Assembly: GCA_009103225.1 (NCBI GenBank)
Contig: RHPI01002699.1
Span: 1-56,353, forward strand
Length of the DNA: 56,353 nucleotides
Reading direction: 5' to 3'
Source of the DNA: Chlorokybus atmophyticus
Lineage: Eukaryota; Plantae; Mesostigma and Chlorokybus algae
The notes under the pieces are model-generated. The model searched no databases. It was given only the letters and a program-made list of their open reading frames with translations, and was not told where the DNA came from. Both the position numbers and the translations under genes were made by a program. Every line of letters begins with the position of its first letter. Within the stretch, counting starts at the first letter, position 1. This document shows, in pieces, positions 1-10,430 of the stretch.

Positions 1-82
1 CCCTAACCCTAACCCTAACCCTAACCCTAACCCTAACCCTAACCCTAACCCTAACCCTAACCCTAACCCTAACCCTAACCCT
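1..82 (+). repeat. Terminal telomeric array (CCCTAA)n, i.e. TTAGGG type
   Basis: 13 perfect CCCTAA units plus CCCT from base 1. C-rich strand on + is the orientation expected at a left chromosome end. Confidence 0.97.
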
Positions 83-626
83 GGCTCAACGATTAGGGCA
101 GGTGCAAAATGAGGCTAAGAGGGCCTTATTAGCAACCCAAAATCGTATGCGTCAATATGCCGATGCCAAGAGGGCAGAGGCCGTGTTTGAAGTGGGACAA
201 CTAACCCTAACCCTAACCCTAACCCTAACCCTAACCCTAACCCTAACCCTAACCCTAACCCTAACCCTAACCCTAACCCTAACCCTAACCCTAACCCTAA
301 CCCTAACCCTAACCCTAACCCTAACCCTNCATTGCCCTAACCCGAATCTTAAAATACATAATGTATTTCATGCCTCGCTATTGAGAACCTATCACTCAGA
401 TGGGTCGGTGCAGCCACCACCACCCCCAATGTTTATAGAAAGAGATTGGGAGTGTGAAATTGAGGGTATAATAACCCACAAAGGCCGGAAAGGTAGATCT
501 CCCAGTTTCTTTGTGAAATGGAAGGGCCATCCGTTCGAGGCATGTGAATGGGTTGACGAACCTAACATACGATCACCGCTTCTGATAAAGAAATATTGGA
601 GGGAGCTAACGGTTGCCCAAAGATGA
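83..626 (+). pseudogene. Gypsy integrase C-terminal/chromodomain fragment interrupted by telomeric repeats
   Basis: GPY/F-region motifs (RMRQYAD, FEVGQ, KIHNVFHASLL) and chromodomain (VKWKG...W). The KL-P-GPF segment is missing and telomeric repeats sit in its place. Confidence 0.88.
201..328 (+). repeat. Second (interstitial) CCCTAA tract inside the integrase
   Basis: About 21 perfect units ending at a single N (329), which is probably a contig join. Confidence 0.9.
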
Positions 627-787
627 AGTAGCTAGGTAGGTCTATTTTTAAAAATATATATGTTCCGCCTTTAAAAGTAGTTCCACGTTTTGACCTATTA
701 AGCTACTGATCATAGCTTGTTTTCCTAGGTTGGAAAGCGTGGTAAAAGAAATTGAGCAAAGACGCTCAATAACCAAAGGGGGGGCAT

Positions 788-934
788 TGTTACGGCCTAT
801 CTACTATAGCTGGTCATGTACAGTGTATATATAAGTTTAATTAGCGAGAGACAAAAGTTTAATAAACCTTGGTTGGATTATCTTGGTTTGTTATACAAGC
901 TATGAATGCGTGTGTTTGTGTTTGAGCTGTAACA
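788..934 (+). repeat. 3' LTR, 147 bp
   Basis: TGTTAC...GTAACA perfect 6-bp inverted ends, 3 nt after the PPT. Contains TATATATAAG (826-835) and AATAAA (861-866). Confidence 0.85.
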
Positions 935-1269
935 CAAGTGCAATGCATCGCTAATTATAGGCCTGGCTAGTTAGAGCATTGAAATGCATCTAATTACAAG
1001 TGGTTGACTAGGAATTACCCTATTCATGTATGTATGGGCGTCTTGAGTAGGAAGATAAAAGCGCATGGCTTCAGTATAATGATTTATTAACGCGATGTAG
1101 GCTTATGGGGTCAACATCATAGGAAAAAGCATGTGTAATTATAAGGTTCATTTAGGCCAATTCAGCGGCCTATTTGGATCAGTTGACTAGAGCGAAGTAG
1201 CCTACCTAGGTTCGCTGATTAACGACTTAGCGAAAAGCCTAAAATAGGGTTAATACCCCATCGCCGAAT

Positions 1270-1900
1270 GAATGCGGACTTTGCGAAATCGCTAAGTCCG
1301 CTACACGCATAAGTGGGGTTCGCAACAGCGAGTGGGAAACGCGGGGTTTGAGGCTAAGCAGGTAGGAGGACACTTCGTAAGTATTAGTCCTCGAATTAGT
1401 ATTAGGGTGAACAAAAAGGACTTCGCGAACGGAGTTCGCGAAGGGGTTGATTCACCTGCGAAGTGAATAAACATAGGGAACTGAATTAGTTCACTGGTTC
1501 AGTTACGAACATGAACTAAAGTAGTTCACTAGGGGTTCGTAAGTGAACTAAGTGAATCACCCTAATATGAGGGGACTAATAGAAGAGGGAGCCACAAGTG
1601 AATCACTGGTGAACTAAGTTAGTTCACTAGTAGAGTGATTCACAATGCCGGTAAGGTAGTGAACTAAGGTTGATTCATTAGTGAATTAACTGTTAGATCA
1701 CTTCGCGACGCGACGTCGCAATAGAAAATCGGGAAAGGCATTGGCCCCCTCCCGCGTGTGCCAATACGCAGCGCTATGGCAGCGCCGCCTACCATGGCCG
1801 CATGCACGGAAATCGCGGATTCACATTGTTGGTCACTTTGCAGAATGCCAGTGAACTAATGCCGGTTGAACCAAACTAATCACTTGGGTGAGTGAATGGG
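1270..1900. repeat. Subtelomeric array of short GTGAACTA/TAGTTCAC/GTGAATCAC/TTCGCGAA motifs with hairpins
   Basis: Many copies in both orientations. Nested stem-loop at 1598-1643 (GTGAATCACT...AGTGATTCAC enclosing GTGAACTAA-G-TTAGTTCAC). Hairpin at 1274-1301. Confidence 0.7.
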
Positions 1901-3892
1901 GATCTGGTAGAGGGCTTTGGGCCAAGTAGGTCTTAGCCAAGATAGTTCCTAGAGCTCACGGCGATAGAGTTTGCCATCAACAAAGAGCCAATCGCGGGTG
2001 GAGGGTAGCCGCCGCGCGACTTGAGTTCTGGGCTTTTGGGGCTAAGGTAGGGGTACCTAAGCTAGGTGACCATAACCCTAAATTTACCAAGTAGTTGTTC
2101 ATTCAACGAAAGGTGATTAAGGGAGTGTACAGTCACTACATGTAAAAGTGTGTGATCACTGTACATAGTTTTTGGTGTGATTTCCCATCCGCGCGTCGTA
2201 ACACTGAATGACCTTGCTCTACGTGCTCCCCAGCTGAGTCCTTGACTCCTGTAAGGCATGCACACCGCACGCAGAGAGCGCAAGCAAGGCAAATGCGAGT
2301 ACACAGAACGAAAGCGATGACTCGGTGCTGTGGATTGGATTGCAAGTCAACAAGCTCCTGGACAAGGATGCTGGTGAAATGCACACAGCTTGTCACGCGG
2401 TGTATGTGGGTATAAGGTGTTATAGCTAAGTAAGACGTGATTACAAACTGCAAGCACCGAGTGCGCAAAGGCAAGCAAGGACAGTCACAATCGAATAGTG
2501 GGTGAGGTTTGTGCAAGCATTGCGGCAGTGTGAGAGTGATGTAGTGTGCAGGTAGCAGATGCGATGGCCACTAGCATGGGAGCAAGAGTGTACACTTACA
2601 GGCGTACGGGTAAGGCAGGTTCGGCGGTTTGTCAGGGTAATTGGTATGCTTAACAACACACAAATAGCTTCCGCTGAATGAAAATATATTACAAAGATCT
2701 GCTTCACTGAGCCTTGGGTGCTCATCGACCCCAAGTTGGACCACTGGTCAGTCTCGGGCAGTGCTACCGCCGCTTCCGCTCCAGTCCGTCTACTTGCAAT
2801 TCAATGCCGACGCTTCCGGCGGGAGTTGCCTAAGTCTGCTGTCAACGAGGCCCGCCGCCATAGGGACTGCGTTCTTATTGGTGGAGGCCGGTGCTGGCAG
2901 TCGGCTGCCACGCGGCCCATTGACATGACGGGGCCGCACCCTGATTGGCGGTCTGAGGCCTACCGGTTGAATCTGGGTCGGTTGATCTAGATGTTAGTGA
3001 ACCAACCCTGATGCGCGGTAGGCTGCAAGAGGGAGATGCGTGTCGAGGGTTATCACCATGACAAATATCTTTGTACGTACCGTGGCGTGAAAGTTACGCT
3101 GAATTGAGTTTTGTAACACTTAACTGCAGGTTGCTACCATGTTGCAGCACATTTATTAATATTATAACTGTAACACATAAAAACGAACAACATGCAGCCA
3201 TAAGCGGCCACGTATGCAGAACTGTGCTTAATTTTACATTTATTGGCATGCGTTTAAACAATTGGATGAGCTTTGGACGGCCAGGATCATTTTAAGGCAG
3301 ATCTAACGGTGTAAAACGCTTGTACTCGCCGCCTAGCCCATGAGAAGCAGGCGGGCCGCACATACTGCCACGCAGCCCAGCAGTCGCGGGTGCCGTGTGA
3401 TGGCCCTTCAGCAGGTTGAATGCCGGCCGGCCGGCCGGCCCGACCAAACAGCCGCACCACTAGTTTCAGATTCTGCTCTCTTTATTCATTCCGAAGCCTC
3501 GTATATTAATGTATGTGCCAGCAAAGGACCGAAAGCAACATTACATACATGTACTGCAATGGCGATTGACCTGAGACGGTACTGACATTATAGTGTACCG
3601 TGCTGCGCACACGACCATGACTGGTAGGAGGACAGGATATATAGTGGCATGTGTGGACATCGTTGCGTCACAGGCCAACATGAGGAGGGACTGGTAGGCG
3701 GCCTGCATGAAAGTGTGAGGGACATGCACCCTTGCACAGGCATCCTTTCCTTCCAAGCGAGCATCTTGCGCCGCTACTTGAGCGGAAACGGCACCCGAGA
3801 GGTGGTTGCCCGCGTCCAATCCGGCTGCTGTCTCGCAAACGTCAGCTTTAAGAGAGAGAGAGCGCGCGCGCGACAGCAGAGACGCGTTCGCG

Positions 3893-6800
3893 ATGGCGAG
3901 CGGCGCGGCCGCGGCGCTGGTGGCGTCCACGCTGCTGCTGGTGTTGCTGGGGGTGTGCTGCTCGGGCGCCGCAGCGGCAGCGGGCGGCAAGGTGGCTGGC
4001 TTCCCGCACGGTCTGGCAGACCCTCCCCTGGCCCGCGCCACACCCTCCCCGTCTCCTGCTCATCCCCTGCGCCTGCACGCCTCCGGCGCCCGCGGCCAGC
4101 CCCAAGCCGGCCCCAACCCGCCTCAGGCAAGCCGCTCTCACATGGCATTGCCAGAGGCTGTGGCGTAGATATACCCGTGCGCATGTAGCATCGCATGCAT
4201 CTCATGCATGATGCATGCTCCAGAGTTGTGTTCTCCGTCTGGATGACTTGCTCTTGCACGTTTACCCACGTGCATGGGAAGGCAATGCGTCAGGCAACAT
4301 GCTCGCTCCTCATGTTTTGGTGCAGCATGCATTGCCGCAATGCAGAGAGAGAGAGAGAACGACAGGATTGTGTACCATACCTGCCGTTTTATTCCAGCAT
4401 GTGTTCCTCTGTGCTGGGGCAGACCAACGTATGGGGTCACTGTCATGATGCTTCCTCCGTTACAGCAGCTGCAATGCCTTGTCCTCTCTATGTGTTTTCC
4501 CAATACCGTTGTTACTCGTCCAATTGCAACCCGTTGCTGTCGTCCCATCAATTGTCAAAGGTACTCATGAGCGGGTTTTGGGCACCCGCAGGGTCCAACT
4601 GACGCGACCATTGCGAGCATCGCGACGAGTGTTGGCGGCGTCCACCATGTCCTCATCGACGCCATAGCCAAGCCTGGGCAGGCTGCTGCCCTGGTTCAGC
4701 AGCTGCAGCCACTGCGCGTCGTCGCCAGCTCCGTGTCCGTTGCAGGCGACTTCGTCAGCTTCCTACTGCCGCTTGACCAGGTGGCTGAGCTCAACATCCT
4801 CCAGGCGCTCAGCTTTGCCATGCGCTCAGCGGCCACCGCGCAAGCCGGCAGCGTCGCAGATCAGGGCGACACAGCCCAGCGCAGTGCCGCACTCCGAGCC
4901 AGTGTGGCGGGACTGACGGGTGCAGGAGTCAAAGTCGGTGTGCTCTCCGACTCTTACAACGTGAGTCCCAACAACAATTACTGCCTTGCACCGAGCGTTG
5001 CATCATACCTGCTCAATTTGTTCTCGGCTGATACAGGCATCGGGAGGAGCAGCGCAGGATGTCGGTAAGTCGTTGGCTTGCAAACGCTGTGTTCTCGTCA
5101 TCATTATCCACCCGCGAGCAGCCTTGCAGCTGCTGCTCATGCTGCTATGTGCACATGTCGACTAAGCGATCCTGTCTTCTCAGCCACTGGCGACCTTCCG
5201 TCCTCTGGGGTGACAGTGCTGAAGGACAATAGTGGTGGCTTAGACGAAGGCAGAGCAATGCTACAGATAGTGAGCGTCTGTTTCCCTAGGTTGTTGGTGA
5301 TGTTGGGATGCTGTGCTCACACTTCCCTTGCACATACCCCAGGTGCACGACGTAGCTCCAGGTGCGCAACTATACTTTTATTCCTCCTTTTTTGGTATCG
5401 CGGACTTTGCCAACGGCATCATAGCCCTTGCCAACGCTGGTTGCAACATCATCATTGACGACACCTTCAACTTCTTGGAGCCGTACTTCCAGGACGGAAT
5501 TGTTGGTCAGTGCGCGGCCAACATGCATTGCCTTTCGTTGCTTGCAAAGCAACCAGTACAGCCTCCCCTCATGCACGTCTGCTCTCTTGCCAGCTCAAGC
5601 TGTCGACCAAGTGAAGACGCAAAAAGGAGTTTCCTACTTCGCGGCTGCTGGAAACTATGTAAGCCAACCAGCTTGCACCATTGCCTGCGCACAAGCTGGA
5701 CTATTCTGATCATGAGCACGTGCTTACAATGCTCGCATGCAGGCGACTCAAGCTTGGGAGACAAGTACGTATGTTACACTGCTGTGTACATGTGTGATTG
5801 TATGCTCAATCTGGAGACGTTATTGCAAGCATGCATTCTGATATCGTAATCTTGACAAAAAGATCACCGTGCATGGCATGCCTGAGACTCGAAGCACTGA
5901 GTTCTCGGTTGTGCGCGCAGCCACCTGGACAGAAGATGCCAACCACCTCTACCTGTTTGATGCTGCCAATGGCTACAATGTGCAAGAGTTTGTGGTTCCT
6001 GCAGGGACAGCTACAACGATCTTCTTGCAAGTGAGCTTTATCGATCTGTAATTGTGCGCATCAGCGCGATCGCTTATCAGTCTACATGTGCACGTGCAGT
6101 GGGATCAGCCATACACAAACTCCGCAAACAACCTCGACTTGCTGGTGTACACGTATGACCCATCTACCGACAGCTTGGTTTTTTACGACGGGGACACAGC
6201 AGACAATACTGGCGGTGCCCCGATCGCTGTGAGTGTGCCCCTTCAGTTCTCTCTCTCCCTTGCTCTACGCCCTGCTCACGCCACTGTACAACACCTTGCA
6301 GGCGGTTCATCTGGATAACTCAGACGGTTATTACTACTACTTTGATTTCTACGTATATCTTGCAATTTATCACGCATCAGGCCCAGCACCATCAAGAGTG
6401 AAGTGAGCTGCATCCTCGCAGCTCCTGTTACCTCGATTTGTGTGGGTTGGTAACGTTTACTCAATTACACTGATCGCTCGCAGGTACGTGTACACGCCCG
6501 GGCCTCAGCCTGGGGGGCCAACGCAGTTCACGACGTATTCTCCAACTTCCTTCGGCCACTCTCAGGCTGCGGGCTGCTTCTCTACTGCCGCAGCATAGTA
6601 AGCACAGTGATACAGCTTCAGCTGTAGCTGATCATGCTGTAGCACTGACCATGATGACATGCTGACGAGCGCTGTGCCTGCATGCAATAGCTATGGCAAC
6701 ACCCCAGCCTATGGCGTCACACCTGCGAAAGTGGAGACATTTAGGTGCAAGAGCATTGCACAGACAGTGCCTCCCATTCTGTCTGTCCCTACACCTCAAA

Positions 6801-9130
6801 CCATCGCAGAGACAAGCCGCCCTCCCCCCGCCCCNNNNNNNNNNNNNNNNNNNNNNNNNNNNNNNNNNNNNNNNNNNNNNNNNNNNNNNNNNNNNNNNNN
6901 NNNNNNNNNNNNNNNNNNNNNNNNNNNNNNNNNNNNNNNNNNNNNNNNNNNNNNNNNNNNNNNNNNNNNNNNNNNNNNNNNNNNNNNNNNNNNNNNNNNN
7001 NNNNNNNNNNNNNNNNNNNNNNNNNNNNNNNNNNNNNNNNNAATAGTCACAGCTACATATCCCCCCCCCCAATGCATACACAGTCTGCAAATCTTTTTGT
7101 TTGTTGCAGCTCTCTCGGTGGAACTCCTACGCTCTTTACTCCCACAGGCACCAGGTCAATATTTTGCGATAGCCATTGCTGCCTTGCCATGCAGAGCATT
7201 GTAACATTGCCATGCCCTTACAGGCTTGCAACGCCCATTGTGCGCCAGAAGCCTGATAGCACTGCCCCTGGTAAGCATGCACTGGTACCAAGTTCTCATG
7301 TTGTGAGGTGGTGGTCATTCTTTGGTTGATGCTCTTTTGCTTGCAGTTGCTGAGTGTTGAACTTGCTTGTTCTGAACTTGCTTGCGTAGATGGCGCAGAT
7401 ACAACTTTCTTCTTTAACGGTCAAGACCGCAATGGTAACGGGCTGCCGGACTTCAGTGGAACATCTGCCGCTGGTACGCTAACACTATGTAGAGTGATCC
7501 GAACTGCTTGTCGTCTTCAGTGTTGTGGATGACCTGTTTTTCTAATCATGAGGTTGTCGCAGCTCCTCATGCAGGCGGTCTGGCGGCACTTCTGCTCCAA
7601 GCCAACCCAACGCTCACCCCAGACAAGATGTACGCCATCTTGCGCCTCACCGCCGACGACATGGACAACCCACTCACTGACGGATTTGACTACGGCTTCG
7701 ACTACAGCACAGGGTAAGTGCACTCCAGCCTCTCAACATGCGAGAGCCTTGCCTTGAGTGGCACGTTCTCCCTGTTGCAGAGTAGTGGTAGAAATAGTAG
7801 TACCTCATCGCATGTGATGACCTCCACGCCCTTATCACTACTGCTGAATGGCGCGCGCAGGTATGGTCTCCTCAATGCTATGAACGCATGGGTGGCAGCA
7901 GCGTGCCGCACTGCGTGCGGGAAGATCACTGTTACATGGCCGTTCTACCTTGATGCTGGTTGCGGAGCCGGCGGCTATCGACTCAAATGCTCTGGAGGAG
8001 TGCTGAGCTACACCAACCCCTCCGGGACATTCACTGTCCAACCTCCCCTGCGTACGGACTACCTTCTGCTGCGCTCTGTGACCCCTCTGCTTGCTGCCTA
8101 CGGCTGCCCCTCGGCGGGCAGCACGCAGAAATCCTTCTCCCAAGTAAACACGCCTTTCACAATCAGTGGCCTCAACGTTGTCATCGGATATGGCACTAAT
8201 GTCACGGCCAGTTTCACCTCGTATCGCGCCAACGGCACAACCATTCGCTCTGCAAACTGCAAGACAAGCCCCACGGGGGTGCCGAGCTACTGCAACGGCA
8301 CACAATGCTGCACGCTTCCCCTCACCACGCCCGCGCAGCGCATTGCGTTCTTGGAAGTCGGTAGCTGTGGAGGCGCTGACATCCTCTACCCTGCTGCTGT
8401 CGTTACCACACCCGTTGATGCCGCGAATGCCAAGAACAACTACTTCCTCAGATTGGATTTTACTGCATACGCAAGGTCTGTATGCTTTGACGTCTATGCC
8501 GCATTGCAAGGTGCGATACTCAGACTCACGGCATGACTTGCACCGCACTGCTATCAGGCCAAAGTCCACGCAAGCCTGTGATGCCAACTGGTGGTCAGCG
8601 ACAACCCATACGTGCCGATGGCCATACAATTTGCAGCCGACAACAAAGCTGCGCGACGCTTTTGCCAGTACAACTGCCAACAAGGCTATTGTGGACTCCA
8701 GATACGCGAACACAACCACGATGCAGCAGGCGCTGACATCCACTGCCTCTGGCAATGTGAGGAGTTATGCAACACTATCTTTTACTCAAGTAGCAATGCT
8801 CAGCACCTTTGAAGAATGATGAGTCTCAGCAATCCCACTGTCTGGTGCAGGCTACGTACAACAACCTGGCAGCTCAGGCCGCACCGGCGTTGCTGAATGC
8901 TTACCAAATTCGTTACCCTCTGTATGTCAGCGAAGTGCAGACTCAGTTCCTAAATGCGTTGAAGTCTACAGGCGATCGTAAGTACTCTACAATGCGCTGG
9001 TTGTGGGTTTGCCTTGTAATCATTGCAACTTGGGAGATTCATCTTTGGTATGTCCTCTGCAGCTGTGGGGCAAACCACTTCGTTCTCACGCCTAAACCTG
9101 AACAAGTGGTGTCCTCTTACAAACTGCTGA
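3893..9130 (+). CDS. Multi-exon secreted protein: signal peptide + bacterial-type S8 subtilase + GUB_WAK-like domain + PDF1-like C-terminal domain
   Basis: Signal peptide MASGAAAALVASTLLLVLLGVCC. Subtilase motifs GVKVGVLSDS (4946-4951), DEGRAMLQI|VHDVAPGA, YFAAAGN, QKPD..APDG, FSGTSAA|APHAGG (Ser 7464-7466), TG|YGLLNA. Exon 7861-8475 continues into CGKITVTWPFYLDAGCG...YRLKC...PFTISGLN...CNGTQCC. Exons 8558-8789, 8851-8977 and 9063-9130 splice in phase to WCPLTNC-stop. One intron contains an N gap (6835-7041). Confidence 0.85.
6835..7041. other. Assembly gap (N) flanked by poly-C
   Basis: Run of N. Confidence 0.99.
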
Positions 9131-9584
9131 AGTCCAAAAACACTGGTTCGCGGCTTGGACGATGATGGTATAGAACCTGAGTTTTCAATTACATACAAGA
9201 AAGGTAACAGAGCACACATTACGATGTGGAGCAGGCATACCAACCACTCCGCGTGCTTTTTGGCTTTGATAAGCAGCAGCAGTGAGTAGTAGTTATTAAG
9301 TGTTGTCAATGAGTAGCAGACCATGAAGCGTACAAGTCAAAAATTTTGTTTGCTATTTACTGTAGTTTGCGTGTCAGTCGCATCTACAATGCTATGCTAC
9401 CGTACTGTGACGATATTGTTCACATGACACGTTCAGTATCTACATCTGCTCGCACTTCTCCTTGGCTGTTGGCTACATATGTGCTCAAGCCCGTCATCTG
9501 GCTCGAGACGATGAACATATCGGGGTGCTACCCTCTTCACCACCGCCCATTGCACTCCCCGCACTGCCCACGCCCCTTAGCGCC

Positions 9585-9654
9585 GGCACCTGACCAAAGG
9601 TTTGATGCAGTAGTGTGGCGCCACACTACTGCATTAACTCTGCGGTCAGGTGCC
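9585..9654. repeat. 70-bp foldback with a perfect 30-bp central palindrome
   Basis: GGCACCTGACC-9nt-ATGCAGTAGTGTGGC|GCCACACTACTGCAT-9nt-GGTCAGGTGCC. Confidence 0.9.
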
Positions 9655-10328
9655 AACAAATGCTCCCGAGGTCGAACACTATGACACAATTGGTGGCACA
9701 ACCACACTTGCACGATGCATAGCTCCATGTGCGGAATGGCACCAGGAGCCCAATGCAGTACATGCATGAACGCGTGCACATGCGCGCTTCCTTACGCTCG
9801 CACAACCTTGGACAGCTACGCGAAGGGGCACCAGAACGCTTTACACACGAAGCACTGTGGCTAGCAGCGCCGGAACCCGGTGGCAAACCACCATCGCGCT
9901 CTCCTCCTCAATTACAACGCAAGTCTAGCCGTTGCCAACGCCCTCGCACGTAGCGCAAGCTGCCTCAGCCCGTCAGGCCACGATGCCATACTTAGGACCT
10001 GAGCAGGCCACGTGGTCTGTGCACCTACGCTCCCGCTACACCGCAACAGGAGGACTTCCACAAAGCTCTCGCAACCAGGTTGTAGAGTATGTACTAAATC
10101 GTCTGCAGCAGCCAAACATTACCATCACCACGCACACGATTGTTGAGGCCTTCCGCACGTAGTGCTAAAACAAGAAGGTACTATTCAACATGAGGCATGG
10201 CTGCTCCGAATGTTAGCTACTGCAAGGCGATGCAATCCATGCTTCGGGCGACGTGTGCTACATAGTATTGCCAAGATCTGCTCCACGACATCATCATGAT
10301 AGCTGCACAGATCAGGGGGAAGGGGGGG

Positions 10329-10430
10329 NNNNNNNNNNNNNNNNNNNNNNNNNNNNNNNNNNNNNNNNNNNNNNNNNNNNNNNNNNNNNNNNNNNNNNNN
10401 NNNNNNNNNNNNNNNNNNNNNNNNNNNNNN
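10329..10430. other. Assembly gap (N) flanked by poly-G
   Basis: Run of N. Confidence 0.99.

Larger units (their letters stand above)
83..934 (+). mobile_element. 5'-truncated Ty3/Gypsy chromovirus LTR retrotransposon (integrase C-terminus, chromodomain, PPT, 3' LTR)
   Basis: Frame reads LAQRLGQVQNEAKRALLATQNRMRQYADAKRAEAVFEVGQ...KIHNVFHASLLRTY...PPPPP...ECEIEGIITHKGRKG...FFVKWKGHPFEACEWVDE. PPT AAAGGGGGGG at 775-784, followed by an LTR. Confidence 0.92.

Noticed and set aside
102-626. 174-aa ORF with an LTLTLT repeat as a real protein
   Set aside because: The repeat is translated telomeric DNA inside a truncated integrase and crosses an N.
2062-2990. Short ORFs and an exon-like NESDDSVLWIGLQVNKLLDKD block
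   Set aside because: No recognisable family and no consistent exon chain.
6632-7329. ORFs spanning the N gap (likewise 10185-10649 and 54863-55547)
   Set aside because: They are open only because N codons contain no stops.
9346-10162. ORF fragments as a continuation of the subtilase gene or a retroelement
   Set aside because: The chimeric gene closes in phase at 9130, and no RT, integrase or gag motif is identifiable here.
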